Shown: piece after piece, positions 11,458 to 23,554 of the stretch
Position numbering within the stretch: position 1 is the stretch's first letter
How the letters are laid out: each line of letters begins with the position of its first letter
Source of the DNA: Octopus sinensis
Lineage: Eukaryota
NCBI RefSeq assembly: GCF_006345805.1
Contig: NC_042997.1
Location: forward strand, 118,358,001-118,422,000
Length of the DNA: 64,000 bases
Direction: 5' to 3'
Position numbers and translations under genes: made by a program
Notes under the pieces: generated by a model
Seen by the model: the letters and a program-made list of their open reading frames with translations, nothing else
Told to the model about the DNA's origin: nothing
The model's database searches: none

Positions 11458-12125
11458 AGCCTTTGCCTTTCATCCTTTCGGGGGTCGATAAATTAAGTAC
11501 CAGTTACGCACTGGGGTCGATGTAATCGACTTTAACCGTTTGTCTGTCCTTGTTTGTCCCTTCTGTGTTTAACCCCTTGTGGGTAATAAAGAAACAATTA
11601 TTATTATTATTATTATTATATTATTATTATTATTATTATTATATTATTATTATTATTATTATTATTATTATCATTATTAAGAAAGCGACAAGCTAGCAGA
11701 GTCGTTTGCACGCCGGGCAAAATGCTTAGCGTTATTTCGTCTACCACTACGTTCTGTGTTCCATTTCTACCGAGGTCAACTTTGCTTTTCATCCTCCCGG
11801 GGTCGATAAATTTAGTACCAGTGAAACGCTGGAGTCGATGTAATCGGCTATCCCCTCTACAAAAAAAAAAAAGTAAAAAAGACTTCAAGGCCTTCGTTCT
11901 TCATTAGAAAGGATTATTATTGTCATTATTTTAAGGCGATGAGCTGGCAGAATCGTTAGCACGCCAGATAAAACGCTTGGCATTTCGCATGTCTACGTTC
12001 TGATTTCAAATTCCGCCGAGGTCGACTTGCCTTTCATCCTTTCCGGGTCGATAAATTAAGTGTCAGTTGTATACTAATCGACTATCCCCCAAATTTTAGG
12101 CCTTCTGCCTATAATAGAAAGGAAT
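11458..12125 (+). mobile_element. Three SINE family C copies (11458-11597 partial, 11683-11910, 11934-12125)
   Basis: Repeated GAGCTGGCAGA...GTTAGCACGCC head and CTTTCATCCTTTCGGGGTCGATAAATTAAGTACCAG body, separated by (TTA)n. Confidence 0.85.
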
Positions 12126-12139
12126 TATTCATTATTAGT

Positions 12140-12560
12140 TTTACTCTTGTTATAAATCTGTAGTCTTACCTTTAATGTCTCCTTTCGCTACACCTCTCAG
12201 CAGAACCCTGTGTGTCTATGTGAGTCATATTTCGTTTTGGTTTTCTTATATTTGCTGTATTACAAATGTTCTACAGAATACATGTGCCGGATGTAGCGGT
12301 AATGTTTGTTTTTTTCGCTTGATAAGCATATTTGTAAGTCGTAGGTGTTTCGTTATGTATTTGTCTGCATGTTCTTTGATCATTCCCAGAGCGCTTATTA
12401 TTACAGGGATCGTTTCTGTTTTCACGTTCCACATTTTGATTATCTGTTTCCAGATCTTTATAAATCAGAAAAAAAAGTTATTACTTTTATGAGTTTGCAA
12501 ATGTTTCATGCGAGCTTTTACAATATGACCTGGTACAAAGCCGTAGTCTTGAAATGAATC
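12140..12560 (-). mobile_element. R4/Dong-like endonuclease C-terminus and 3' UTR (may extend to ~12990)
   Basis: YKDLE then, after a frameshift, MWNVKTETIPVIISALGMIKEHADKYIT (KY-DL...MW...P-V-GALG motif). Confidence 0.8.
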
Positions 12561-13764
12561 TTTTGCGAGAGATGTAAAGTGTTTCCACGTTACATGTAAT
12601 TTACTGTATTTTGTTTGTTTTGAGCTGTAGTTTAGTGTTTCGTTTCTTTGATGTAGAGAATATGTGTCGTGTGAGTTTTCTTATTTCGTTGCATGGTGAT
12701 TGCATTGCGTTTTCTTAGAGTTGGTTGTAAATATTGCATAACGTATATCCAGTTACGTTATTAAATTGAAAGTATCTTGAGAAAGAACATTAATAAGTTT
12801 CTTTCTTCAAAGAGAATTGTATATATGTCAGGAAACATTGTTACAAATTTCAAGGTTAATAAATGCTGTGTGAACATGCTCCAACAGTGGTGATTTATTA
12901 TTGTTGATATTCTTGCTGTTGTTGGTTGTACACGCCCACATTCTACTGTTAAGAAGATATATTCTAACCAGATTACTTTATCGAAAAAGAAGAGAGAAAT
13001 GTTTTCTTTCTCTTTAGATTTTTTCGCCAACTAAGAGGTTCGAAACACTAGAATTGCTAACCCATTACACTAAGGCGCTTTATGAGACATGTGGTTGTGT
13101 ATTGTTTCCAAATATTTATTTTAAAAACATCTTGTTGTTCTGTGTGGCACCTGTGAGATGGCGCAAAGAGGTGTTCACCACAAAGTGGTTGCAGTGAATG
13201 AAAATAAATCACTGAAGAATAAATAGTAAAAGATTATACACACATACACACACACACACATAGAGACATGTATACGAACAATAACAGTTTGCTGAGAGAA
13301 AGCACAAACTTGAATAACCGTAGCAAAATCAACACCACCAGCAGCACCTAAATATACTTTGCTCGCCTCCTACGCCTAAAGAACTTACGAGACATCGATT
13401 AGTTGATGACAAAGATAGTATCATGAAAGTGTTATGTCATAAAATAGAGTACCTCTTTCACAGAAAAATTTAGCCAGGAAAAGGCGAGAAAATGGGGTCA
13501 AATATTTTATTCACCAAAACATCTGTGAGGGTTTCAAATGAGCCTCAGAATAGTAACTGTAAAACAACTCTGGCTGATGGGTATTGTCTCTCATTAACTT
13601 GAAAACACAGTGAAACAGACTCCTAAGAAATTAGTGATTATCTACGAAGGCCAGATTTCGTTATTGTAGGTCATGGGTTTGGATTAGTTCATAGGATTAA
13701 GGTGGGAGGGAAGAATATTGACATCTCGATCCTAAACCTTTGGATGAGGTAGTCATCTCGGACG

Positions 13765-14000
13765 TTATTGACTCGAGATCTTGAACTCATAGGGTTTTAA
13801 TGACGTATAAGTGACTGAGATGACATTATTCCCCCAACTCTCCAGGGGACGCCAGACCGACGTAGGTTTACTCACTTTCAACTGGTTGGAATAAAGTAAC
13901 GTGAAATGAAGTGTTTTGTCCATTAAAACTATGCACTTCGAAGAGCAGGAATCGAAACCATAATCTTGCCATCGCGAGTGCAACACCTTAACCGTTAAAC
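13765..14000 (-). mobile_element. Degenerate B/D-type SINE
   Basis: Reverse complement carries GGTTTCGATTCCTG (B box) and CACTTCATTTCACGTT, as in 19059-19305. Confidence 0.6.
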
Positions 14001-14142
14001 GATACTACACTTTTTGTTGAGGGGCAGAAAACAATTGTTGAAAAGTTTAGAACAGTTCTCGCGCTCTCTCTTACACATACACACAGACACACACACACGC
14101 TCGGCCCCGAAACAATATATCCCCTTTTCACCAGGACATATA

Positions 14143-14537
14143 TATTTCTTTACTACCAACATGGGGCTAAACACAGATGGGATTAAGTCGATTGCATAAA
14201 CCCCAGTGCGTAACTGGTACTTAATTTATCGACCCCGAAATGATGAAAGGCAAAGTTGACCTCGGCGGAATTTGAACCCAGAACGTAACGGCAGACGAAA
14301 TACCTATTTCTTTACTGCCCACAACGGGCTAAACGCAGAGGGGACAAACAAGGACAGACAAACGGATTAAGTCGATTACATGGACCCCAGTGCATAACTG
14401 GTACTTAACTTATCGACCTCGAAAGGATGAAAGGCAAAGTCGACCTCGGCGGAATTTGAACCCAGAACATAACGGCAGACGAAATACGGCTACGCATTTC
14501 GACCGGCGTGCTAACATTTCTGCCAGCTCGCCGCCTA
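14143..14537 (-). mobile_element. SINE family C head-to-tail dimer with one TSD
   Basis: A full unit followed by a 5'-truncated second unit; 18-bp TSD TTTTCACCAGGACATATA at 14125-14142 and 14538-14555. Confidence 0.9.
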
Positions 14538-14905
14538 TTTTCACCAGGACATATAGCGTATATTTTTGTGTATATTTTTTACAGCTGGGTAGATTTAACC
14601 AGCGAAAGGTAAGAGTGTATTCGCCATGATAACGGTAACGAGAGAAATATACACAACACGATTAATTTTGCTTAGCATTTCGACTTGTCACCCCGATGGA
14701 ATATAAAATATTGTCAGTTTGATTAATGGCATTCTTTTCTATTCTCATTTAGGTAATTGATTTCTCCGTCCACAGGGTTCAAATCCACACCAAGTACGGG
14801 ATGCAATAGAAAGCTCTCTGATATTTTACACTGCTGTTGCTGCGGCACATATCTTAATAGTGATCTTAATAAGCGTTTTTATGCCACCAATATAGCTGTC
14901 AGAAA

Positions 14906-15610
14906 TTCAGTGAGCTGGCAGAAACGTTAACACGCCGGGCGAAATGCTTAGTATTTCGTCTGTCTTTACATTCTGAGTTCAATTACCACAGAGGTCGAAT
15001 TTGGCTTTCACCCTTTCGGGGTCGATAAATTTAGTACCAGTTGTGTACAGGGGTCGATAAAATCGACTGGCTCACATCCCCAAAACTTTCGGGCCTTGTG
15101 CCTAGAGTAGAAAACAATATAGATGGCAGAAACGTTAGCACGCCGGGCTAAATGCTTAGCTGTATTTTGTCTGCCGCTACGTTCTGAGTTCAAATTCCAC
15201 CGAGGTTAACTTTGCCTTTCATCCTTTCGGGGTCGATTAAATAAGTACCAGTCACGCACTGGGGTCGATTTAATCGACTTAATCCCTTTGTCTGTCCTTG
15301 TTTGTCCTCTCTGTGCTTAGCCCCTTGCAGGTAGTAAAGAAATAGGTATTTCGTCTGCCGTTACGTTGTGAGTTCAAATTCCGCCGAGGGACTTTATCCG
15401 TTTGTCTGTCCTTGTCTGTCCTCTCTGTGTTTAGCCCTTTGTGTGTAGTAAAGGAATAGGTATTTCGTCTGCCGCTAAGTTCTGATTTCAAACTCCGCCG
15501 AGGTCAACTTTGCCTTTCATCCTTTCGGGGTCGATATAATCGACTTAATCCGTTTGTCTGTCCTTGTTTGTTCTCTCTGTGTTTAGCCCCTTGTGGGCAA
15601 TAAAGAAATA
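14906..15610 (+). mobile_element. SINE family C concatemer (about 4 units)
   Basis: Units at 14906-15120 and 15124-15340, then two units starting at the junction AATAGGTATTTCGTCTGCCG (~15340 and ~15455). Confidence 0.88.
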
Positions 15611-15729
15611 AATGTTTTATGCATCTTTTTGTATATTTTGTACTTTGACAGTTATAATCATAGTTTGGATCGGAGGGGATGCAAAGGGGGGATATGCTGT
15701 TTCGGGATGGAGCGAGTTTGTGTGTGTAA

Positions 15730-15767
<38 letters not shown>

Positions 15768-15932
15768 AGAGAGAGAGAAGGAGTGAGAGAGAGTGAGAGA
15801 GAGAAGGAGTGAGAGAGAGAAGGAGTGAGAGAGAGAAGGAGTGAGAGAGAGAAGGAGTGAGAGAGAGTGAGTGAGTGAGAGAGAGTGAGAGAGAGAGTGA
15901 TTGAGTGACAGAGAGTGAGAGAGAGAGTGAGT

Positions 15933-15972
<40 letters not shown>
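15730..15972. repeat. (GA)n with a higher-order GAGAAGGAGTGAGA unit
   Basis: Direct inspection. Confidence 0.9.
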
Positions 15973-15973
<1 letters not shown>

Positions 15974-16659
15974 TTATTTTCAACTTTACAAAAATTGTTT
16001 TCTTTTCCCCCTCGACCATAGCGTTTGTTTGCTGTTGAAACGTTAATCAACATGTAAAGTACGGGAGTATTTTCTTTGCATCCTATATATTTGGGTTTTA
16101 GGCTGCTGTCCGAACGCATCAGAATTTAATTGTCAAATAACTTAGGCAGAAGTGAAATGTTAGCACCCATGACCTTTTCAATACCTCCTAGATCAGTGGG
16201 CAGAAGCTGCCAGGGACTTAACCCTAAAATTTACAATAGCTTACTCCGCCAAAGATGTCGTGACGTTAAAATGGATCTGGTTACCTTTCGAAATTGATTC
16301 TGAAAGAAAGAATGGTCAGACTTAAATCATATAATAGATCGGTAATGTCTGATATAGAGTTCGGCAGTTCATCCTATCCGGTGGAACCCTCCTCTGAACA
16401 TTTGATAAACTAGAGTTTATTCAAGTAATAGACGCTTCTTAATACAATTTACTTCAAGGGAAACTAATTTGCATGTTTCCAGAAATAGGATTTCTCTTTA
16501 AGATCGGAACTTTGCTGAAATAGCAAGTTTTGCTTTTATTTCCCGAGTCTACCTCTTACGAAATTTCTATGAGATCAGTCTTCGTGTATTGTATATGATA
16601 TATGTATGTATATATATATATATGTATATATAAATATATAAATGTATATATATATATAC

Positions 16660-16690
<31 letters not shown>

Positions 16691-16908
16691 CACACACACT
16701 CACATTTATATATAATATAAAAAATATATAAATATATGCATATATGCATACATATATATATGCATATATTTATATATTATTTATATTATTATATGATCGA
16801 ACGCCACGCATCCTTTTCCAAGTAAGTTTTATCGCTCTCTATATACATGTATGCATATATACACATATGTATATATGTATATATACATATACATACATAC
16901 ATACATAC

Positions 16909-16950
<42 letters not shown>

Positions 16951-16980
16951 GCGAGAAAGAAGCAACAAGAATGGATAGGT

Positions 16981-17071
16981 TTTTAGTACAATCGTTTCAT
17001 ACAAGGACAGGCTTTATTAAAAGTTGCAAAAATTGCAGCATATAAACGTGTCCCGTACTCATCAGCTAAAA
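16981..17071 (-). ncRNA. Type I hammerhead ribozyme motif with 60-nt stem II
   Basis: Minus strand: TTTTAG CTGATGA GTAC...GTAT GAAA C GATT GTA CTAAAA. Perfect 6-bp stem I, all core bases canonical, G10.1-U11.1 wobble, GUA site. Confidence 0.82.
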
Positions 17072-17173
17072 TACATGTGAGTTCTCTAGACATCCTAGTG
17101 GTTGAGGCTATACTCATGAAGTAATGTAGATAATTATATATATGCAACAGACATATACACACACATATACATT

Positions 17174-17253
<80 letters not shown>

Positions 17254-17730
17254 ATATATACACCCACACACACATACATACACATATTGCAAACACATAT
17301 CAATATGAACGTAACCGCGTATGAATCATCAATATTATAACCGTATGTCATACGTTTGTTTAAGTAATATTTTCTTTTCTTTGTTGTTATTATCGCTGCT
17401 GTGTTGTTGTTATTGTTAATGTTTCTGGAATCCTCATGCTTTTACATTACATAATATAAATGGAATAAAAACTTTTCGGAAAGAAAAATCTTCTGTTTTC
17501 TCTGCTTTTAATCAGAAACCTCAGGACATACGAAATTAAATCAAATATTCCTGTCACTTCTAGTCAATTGCAGAAGATTTTCGCTCCGAGTTTAAGGTGT
17601 AGATTTAGAACAGTTCATATATATAGTATAGTGGGAAGTGAAACATTCTCGGCTTCTCTTCTAGAATCTTACACTAATAATATTTTACACTACATACTCT
17701 AAATAACAGAAGTGTATTACGTCTCTCTCT

Positions 17731-18347
17731 CTCTTTTACTCTTCTAGTTGTTTCAGTTATTTGACTGCGGCCATGCTGGAGCACAGCCTTTAGTCGAGCA
17801 AATCAACCCCATGACTTATTCTTTGTAAGCCTAGTACGTATTCTATCGGTTCTTCTGCCGAACCGCTACGTTACGGGGGCGTAAACACACCTGCATCTGT
17901 TGTCGAGCAATGTTGGGGGGACAAACACAGACACACAAACATGCATATATGTGACCGCGTGTGAATCGTTGGCGATTTTTTTTCTCCGTCTTTCATTCCT
18001 GGGATCTCTCCTATTTTTATGTTTCTGACGAAGAGCTCCGCTCGAAACGTTAAATCCTCCTTCTTTCTTTCCTTTCCTGAGCGTCCAATAACACTGTACT
18101 TGTTCCACGTCTTCTCGCTGTTGTGTTTTGTCCTTGTGTTTTCTTGTTTGGATTAACTTCATATATATATATATATATTATATATATATATATATATACA
18201 TTTATACAATGGGCTTCTTTCAGTTTTGGTCGGTCCGAGGCTATAGCAGAAGACACTTGCCCAAGGTGTCACGCAGTGGGACTGAACCCAGAACCATGTG
18301 GTTGGCAAGCAAGCTACTTACCATACGCAGCCACTCCTGCACCTGTT
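17731..18347 (-). mobile_element. SINE family A with an HHR-bearing unit inserted in its central tract
   Basis: Tail 17731-17945, head 18200-18347, unrelated ~215-bp insert at 17946-18160. Confidence 0.85.
18021..18055 (+). ncRNA. Minimal PLE-type hammerhead motif
   Basis: GTTT CTGACGA A GAGC TCC GCTC GAAA CGT T AAAT. Extra A after A9; palindromic AACGTT stem III; weak 3-4 bp stem I. Confidence 0.55.
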
Positions 18348-19058
18348 TGTAATATTAATACTTAACATTAAAGGAATCAAAAGTGTTGATTATTACGAAA
18401 ATGGTGACGTCAATTAGGATTTATTTTCTTAATGGCCACGTCTCGAACGATAATAATCTTAATGATATTAATAATGATGATTATGATAATGATGAATCTA
18501 ATAATTCTAATTATGTGAATGATGGCGCTAATAATCACATTTATGTTAACAGTGATGTTAATAATGATGATTATCATAACGGCGGTCTTTGTTATGATGA
18601 TTATTATAATAATGTTAATAATATTATGCTTGATAATAATATAATATTCATGACGATTAGGACATCGGCAACTATTTGAACAGCGAAAACAACGATTAAT
18701 ACCAGGAGGGCGATTAAAACAGTGATTAAGATAGCAATTATGATGACAACGACCACTATGAACACGATTTTGATGATGATATCTATGGTTAGGAAGACGA
18801 ACTCAATAACGAAGTTAACGCAGTGATGATGGTGAATTTAGAAATGGCAGATTGCCAGGGTAAGTTAAAAATCTTCGTTGTAAATAACGATTTAGTAATT
18901 GAAGCACAAATAACATCTAAGCACCAACATTATTTCATAATAATTCTTGAAAATGGTTGTAATAATTATACATCGCACTCTGTAAATAATATATACATAT
19001 GCATACGAGAAGTAATAAAATTATATAATGATATAATGTATAATAATATGATATAAGT

Positions 19059-19305
19059 GGAAGCGCGTGGTTTAGTGGTTAGGGTGTCAGCATCATGATC
19101 GTAAGATTGTGGTTTCGATTCCTGGACCAGGCTACGCTTTCTGATCTTGAGCAAAACACTTCATTTCACGTTGCTCCAGTCCATTTAGCTGGCAAAAATG
19201 AGTAACACTGCGATGGACTTGCGTCCCGTCCAGCTGGGGAACACATACCCCATTGAAACCGAGAAACCGGGCCCATGAGCCTGGCTAGGCTTTAAAAGGG
19301 CGCAT
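19059..19305 (+). mobile_element. SINE family B variant
   Basis: TGGTTTAGTGG A box, GGTTTCGATTCC B box, 3' end CATGAGCCTGGCTAGGCTTTAAAAGGGCGC shared with B. Confidence 0.88.
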
Positions 19306-19391
19306 GTATTTATTTTTTAATATAATATATATTACATAATATATATGTGTGTGTATGTATGTATGTATGTATGTATGTATGTATGTATGTA

Positions 19392-20385
19392 TGTATGTAT
19401 GTGTATGTCATTATTTCAAGATGTCTTGCCAATGGAGAAGGAGATGGTTTCTAACCTAGGTCCGAGGTTCCTTCATTGCAATTTAAACAACACCAACAGG
19501 GTATTTTTGCATTTATGCATATATATATATTCAATATTAGGAGTTAATGTATGTGTAGATTTGTATGTTTTATGCATGTATTCTCATGCAGAGTGTTACT
19601 TGCCTAGACATGTTCATATATACTTAAATGATAAACTTCTGGTAAGTTTTACAGATATTTACAGTTCCACTGGTGGCTTGGATCTGTAGTCTTCGAATCA
19701 GCTTTCTACTTTCAGGTTTTGAGAAGCTCAATTTCTCAACATTGGTTCATAGGTAGTGTGTTACATATCCTAGTTCTCCAATAATTACATTTACAAGCCT
19801 GAACTTGTAATTTGGATAGAGTAACTGTAGAGTTCTCAATAGTTCAGCGCAGGTACTTTCTTGTTTACTGATTTCCCCAACTGTACATAGTTTCTCTTCG
19901 GGTTTTCACATCAATGGCTCGGATCTCATTAAGCATCTAACCAAGCAACCCAAATGTTAGTATGAATACTGGCACTGAAAACACATTCTGGGCCACTGAT
20001 TTATTGAAAGTAGAGAATTCCGAGGTTCATATTTTCCTTATTTATCTGTAGTATTCTTTAGTGACTCGTGTCTTGTTACAGGTGCCATCGTAATATATGT
20101 TTTCATCCACAACAAGGTACCTATAACGTTCCTCGTCAGATATAGGGGAAACGGTTAAGTCATTGATAGAGATGTTATTAGTCTGTTTTACAGTTTTCCC
20201 TCTTTTCACAACCATATAACATTTATCCTGACCAAACCCCAACCCTATATCCTTTGAGAATGTTGTAACCAGGTCATGCCTCTGTTTTATCTCTTGCATA
20301 TTCATTGCATAGAGTTTCAAATCATCCACAAAGAGACAGTGCGTAATTTTGGTATGTACGCATCTATCCACACACACGCACACAC
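19392..20385 (-). mobile_element. R4/Dong-like fragment: RT joined by deletion to endonuclease C-terminus and 3' UTR
   Basis: ITHCLFVDDLKLYA, DIGLGFGQDKC, YRYL; then LQLLYPNYKFRL and IIGELGYVTH, same subfamily as 55760-56500. Confidence 0.88.
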
Positions 20386-21264
20386 ATATTATAATTACGT
20401 TGTAACTGGCACATTGTAGATTATTTAAAACCAAAGAAGGCTAACTTGGGAGAAAAGAATAATATCTATTTATTTCATGGCTGGGTATAAAACGTATACT
20501 TTGAATATGATATATTATAGACTAGAATACTGTAGAGAGAGTCGGTGGCCAACTAAAAGTGTCCTCTGAAATATTAACCCAATTAACATTTCATGTAAGC
20601 TTCAAACAAAGATAATAAAAAGAGATACAAAAGGAAAGCTATGAGGTAAGGGTGAGGATATATTCTAGTATTATTTCTACAAGTAATGGCTAATATTAAG
20701 GATAATAATATTTAAGATGAAGAAAATGATCTGCAGATCCAGGCATATGAACTAGGACAATGATAATGTAGAGAAAATTTATTCGTAGTTACAAGTAATT
20801 TTAAAAATATGACGTAATGTTTCGTAAACGAAGAGAAGCAAATATGTTAAGTGCCAAATATCAAAACTATTTGCAATTAAAATACATTATGAAAAGAATA
20901 TGGAAATAGAAATATTAAATGAGTAATTTCAAATTGAAACGCTGAAGAAATACGGAAATCTTTTTTAGAAATCTTAATCAGATGAGCTGCAATTTACCAG
21001 AATATGTTTTAGAGTAGGTCTTGAAGATGAGTGGAAAAAGAAAATATGATTTCGCAAAAGAAAAAGAAATAGAAATGAAGGAGTGAGGCAGAAATTAATG
21101 AAGAAAGAAAACCAAAGAAGAATTCGCAGAGAAACCTGAAGGCACACGCATCGTGTAGCAGAATAATAATTTCTAGTTTATGGTTCTTTGTGTTTTGTTG
21201 TTGGTTTCGACTGAGGCAGTTTCCTGTCATTGTTAGCTTTATGTTGCATTTAGCTAAACACTAT

Positions 21265-21306
21265 AATCACCAGCACCATCACCACCAGCACCAGCACCAG
21301 CACCAT

Positions 21307-21338
<32 letters not shown>

Positions 21339-21430
21339 CCACCACCACCACCACCACCATCGTCATTCTTCTTCTTCTTCTTCTTCTTCTTCTTCTTCTT
21401 CTTCTTCTTCTTCTTCTTCTTCTTCTTCTT
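21265..21430. repeat. (CAC/CAG)n plus (CTT)n array at the tail of the adjacent R4 fragment
   Basis: Direct inspection. Confidence 0.9.
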
Positions 21431-21642
21431 CGTAACACAGTGTAAGTAAAAATGCACCGGAGTCTTTAGTCATCTGCCAAGTCACAACAAGGAACTCAGA
21501 CAGATAATACTTTCCTTAAGATGTGCGCTGTGCCCAATAGGGCTGCTTTTTGCAAGACATCAATCTTGTATGAGATTTCCAGTTGCCTTTAAGAAATCTT
21601 GAAGTTTCAATGGGATTGAGCCTAACGCTCCGATCACCAACG

Positions 21643-21643
<1 letters not shown>
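21431..21643 (-). mobile_element. R4/Dong-like 3' end
   Basis: IPLVIGALGSIP and, after a frameshift, LQKAALLGTAHILRKVLSV*; ends ACACTGTGTTACG(AAG)n; 5' side abuts (TAA)n. Confidence 0.85.
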
Positions 21644-21725
<82 letters not shown>

Positions 21726-21750
21726 TTCCAGAAGGTTATATACTTTATCA

Positions 21751-21854
21751 AGGAAGTTTACAATTATAGTACTATTACATCTTAACTATTACTCTGGTTG
21801 TTAACATCCAGAGTCATAGTAAGCATGTAATAGAACTATAATTGTGAACTTCCT
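21751..21854. repeat. Foldback hairpin with ~46-bp arms
   Basis: AGGAAGTTTACAATTATAGTACTATTACAT...CTCTGG versus CCAGAG...ACTATAATTGTGAACTTCCT; 10-nt spacer. Confidence 0.8.
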
Positions 21855-21905
21855 CTCTCGTTTCGTTGTCTTTCTCTGACAGTACCACTTTTCCTCTTGT
21901 GTACC

Positions 21906-21958
<53 letters not shown>

Positions 21959-22059
21959 CATCATCATTATTATTATTGTTATTATTATTATTATTATTAC
22001 TATTATTACTATTTTTCTTATTATTGTTATTATTATAATTATTATTATTATTATTATTG

Positions 22060-22589
22060 AGTGAGAGAGCAGTACATGCAATCAAAGTGACACTGGGGTA
22101 AAATATACGAATCTCAGTATACCCATCATGACTACCTGTCTGGTAGGGGTACACCAGGCACATGCATCACAGCCATATGTGCGCGACATGGTGATCTTAT
22201 ATCAAAATAAACACCGCATAACCTTGCAGGTGGAGCCCAGTTAGAATTTTCTTCTGGTGGAGTAGCTCATCCCTCTCAAAAGGTCCCTGAATAAAGGTTG
22301 TTTCAGGATGTTGAACGAAACACCCATGTTTCCAAAGGTGAATTATTCAAACCCCAAAGAATCCCTCTCAACACATGGCTATGATACTCCCTCGTTACTT
22401 CTGCTCGTGATCAGAGATGCACATATCATCAGCCACTAAGGGACATGCTCAACTGGTTAAGGTCAAACAACTGACAAGCAAATCTGTGGTATTGAGCAGA
22501 ATATTTGCCGTAGCCCATCTTTTATACCAAGACAAAACAATGTACATGATAACACTTCCAATCAGTTAAGATCAGAAGCCATGAGAAAA

Positions 22590-22590
<1 letters not shown>
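22060..22590. mobile_element. ~530-bp non-coding interspersed element inserted in (TTA)n
   Basis: Complex sequence flanked on both sides by long (TTA)n tracts (21905-22060, 22591-22738); no ORF. Its repeat status is from my recall of octopus DNA, not from a second copy here. Confidence 0.55.
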
Positions 22591-22632
<42 letters not shown>

Positions 22633-22681
22633 GTTATTATTACTATTACTATTATTACTATTACTATTATTATTATTATTA

Positions 22682-22739
<58 letters not shown>

Positions 22740-23419
22740 GATTTCCTTCTCTAAATTCTGTTTCCATTTCTTATTGTGTGTCTTTCTGACACCTTCTTCT
22801 TCTTCTTCTTCTTCTTCTTCTTCTTCTTCTTCTTCTTCTTCTTCTTCTTCTTCTTCTTCTTCTTCTTCTTCTTCTTCTTCCTTCGTCTTCTTCTCATCAT
22901 ATTTCTTGTCGTCATTATCAGTTTTTGTTATTAAGTTTTAGTTAAAGTTATTTCGTGTCTACAAACACCTGTGGGGCGGTTTCTGGTTCTGTGTATGTTC
23001 ACATAAACGTTTATCTTCTTTAGATTTGGTTTTACTCTGAAAAAAAAACTATTTTATGTTGTTGAATTTTCGTTAACCAGATTAAAATTCTTTGATGTTG
23101 CGTCAAAAGGAACTTTAACCTAAACTTTTTAAAGGAAAACTAACAACATATAATTAAAGATATCTGCAAAGAGACACAGGTGTGAACGCGCACTCGCACA
23201 AACACCCTATGCATGCAGACAATATAGAATCGTTGGCACCTGTACAAATGAATCGTATGTATACACTTAGTGATGAAAATAAACAAAGTTGTAGCTATTC
23301 TCCTGGACTAATCATAAGCGGAGTTTCTCAGTATTGATTCTTACATAGAGCTGCTTAGGTTTCCAAGAGAATTCGATTCCAATGTGTTTATATATATATA
23401 TATATTCACCACAATACAC

Positions 23420-23467
<48 letters not shown>

Positions 23468-23554
23468 TTATATAGGATGAAATTTTTTTCAGAAAAAAAT
23501 TTCATCAGAAAGTGGCAGCATATTAAAATACCTTTACAGCTTAAAATTATAAAC

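Noticed and set aside
20420-21200. A-rich stretch vaguely like a CR1/L2 RT; similar stretch at 61200-61750
   Set aside because: No diagnostic motif survives.
21190-21435. PolyQ/polyH/polyS ORF resembling a transcription-factor low-complexity region
   Set aside because: The ORF is contiguous with the repeat tail of an R4-like element, and I found no flanking domain or splice support.
22380-22585. Possible HDV-like ribozyme on the minus strand of the (TAA)n-inserted element
   Set aside because: P1- and P2-like pairings can be drawn, but L3 and the P1.1 GG do not fit.
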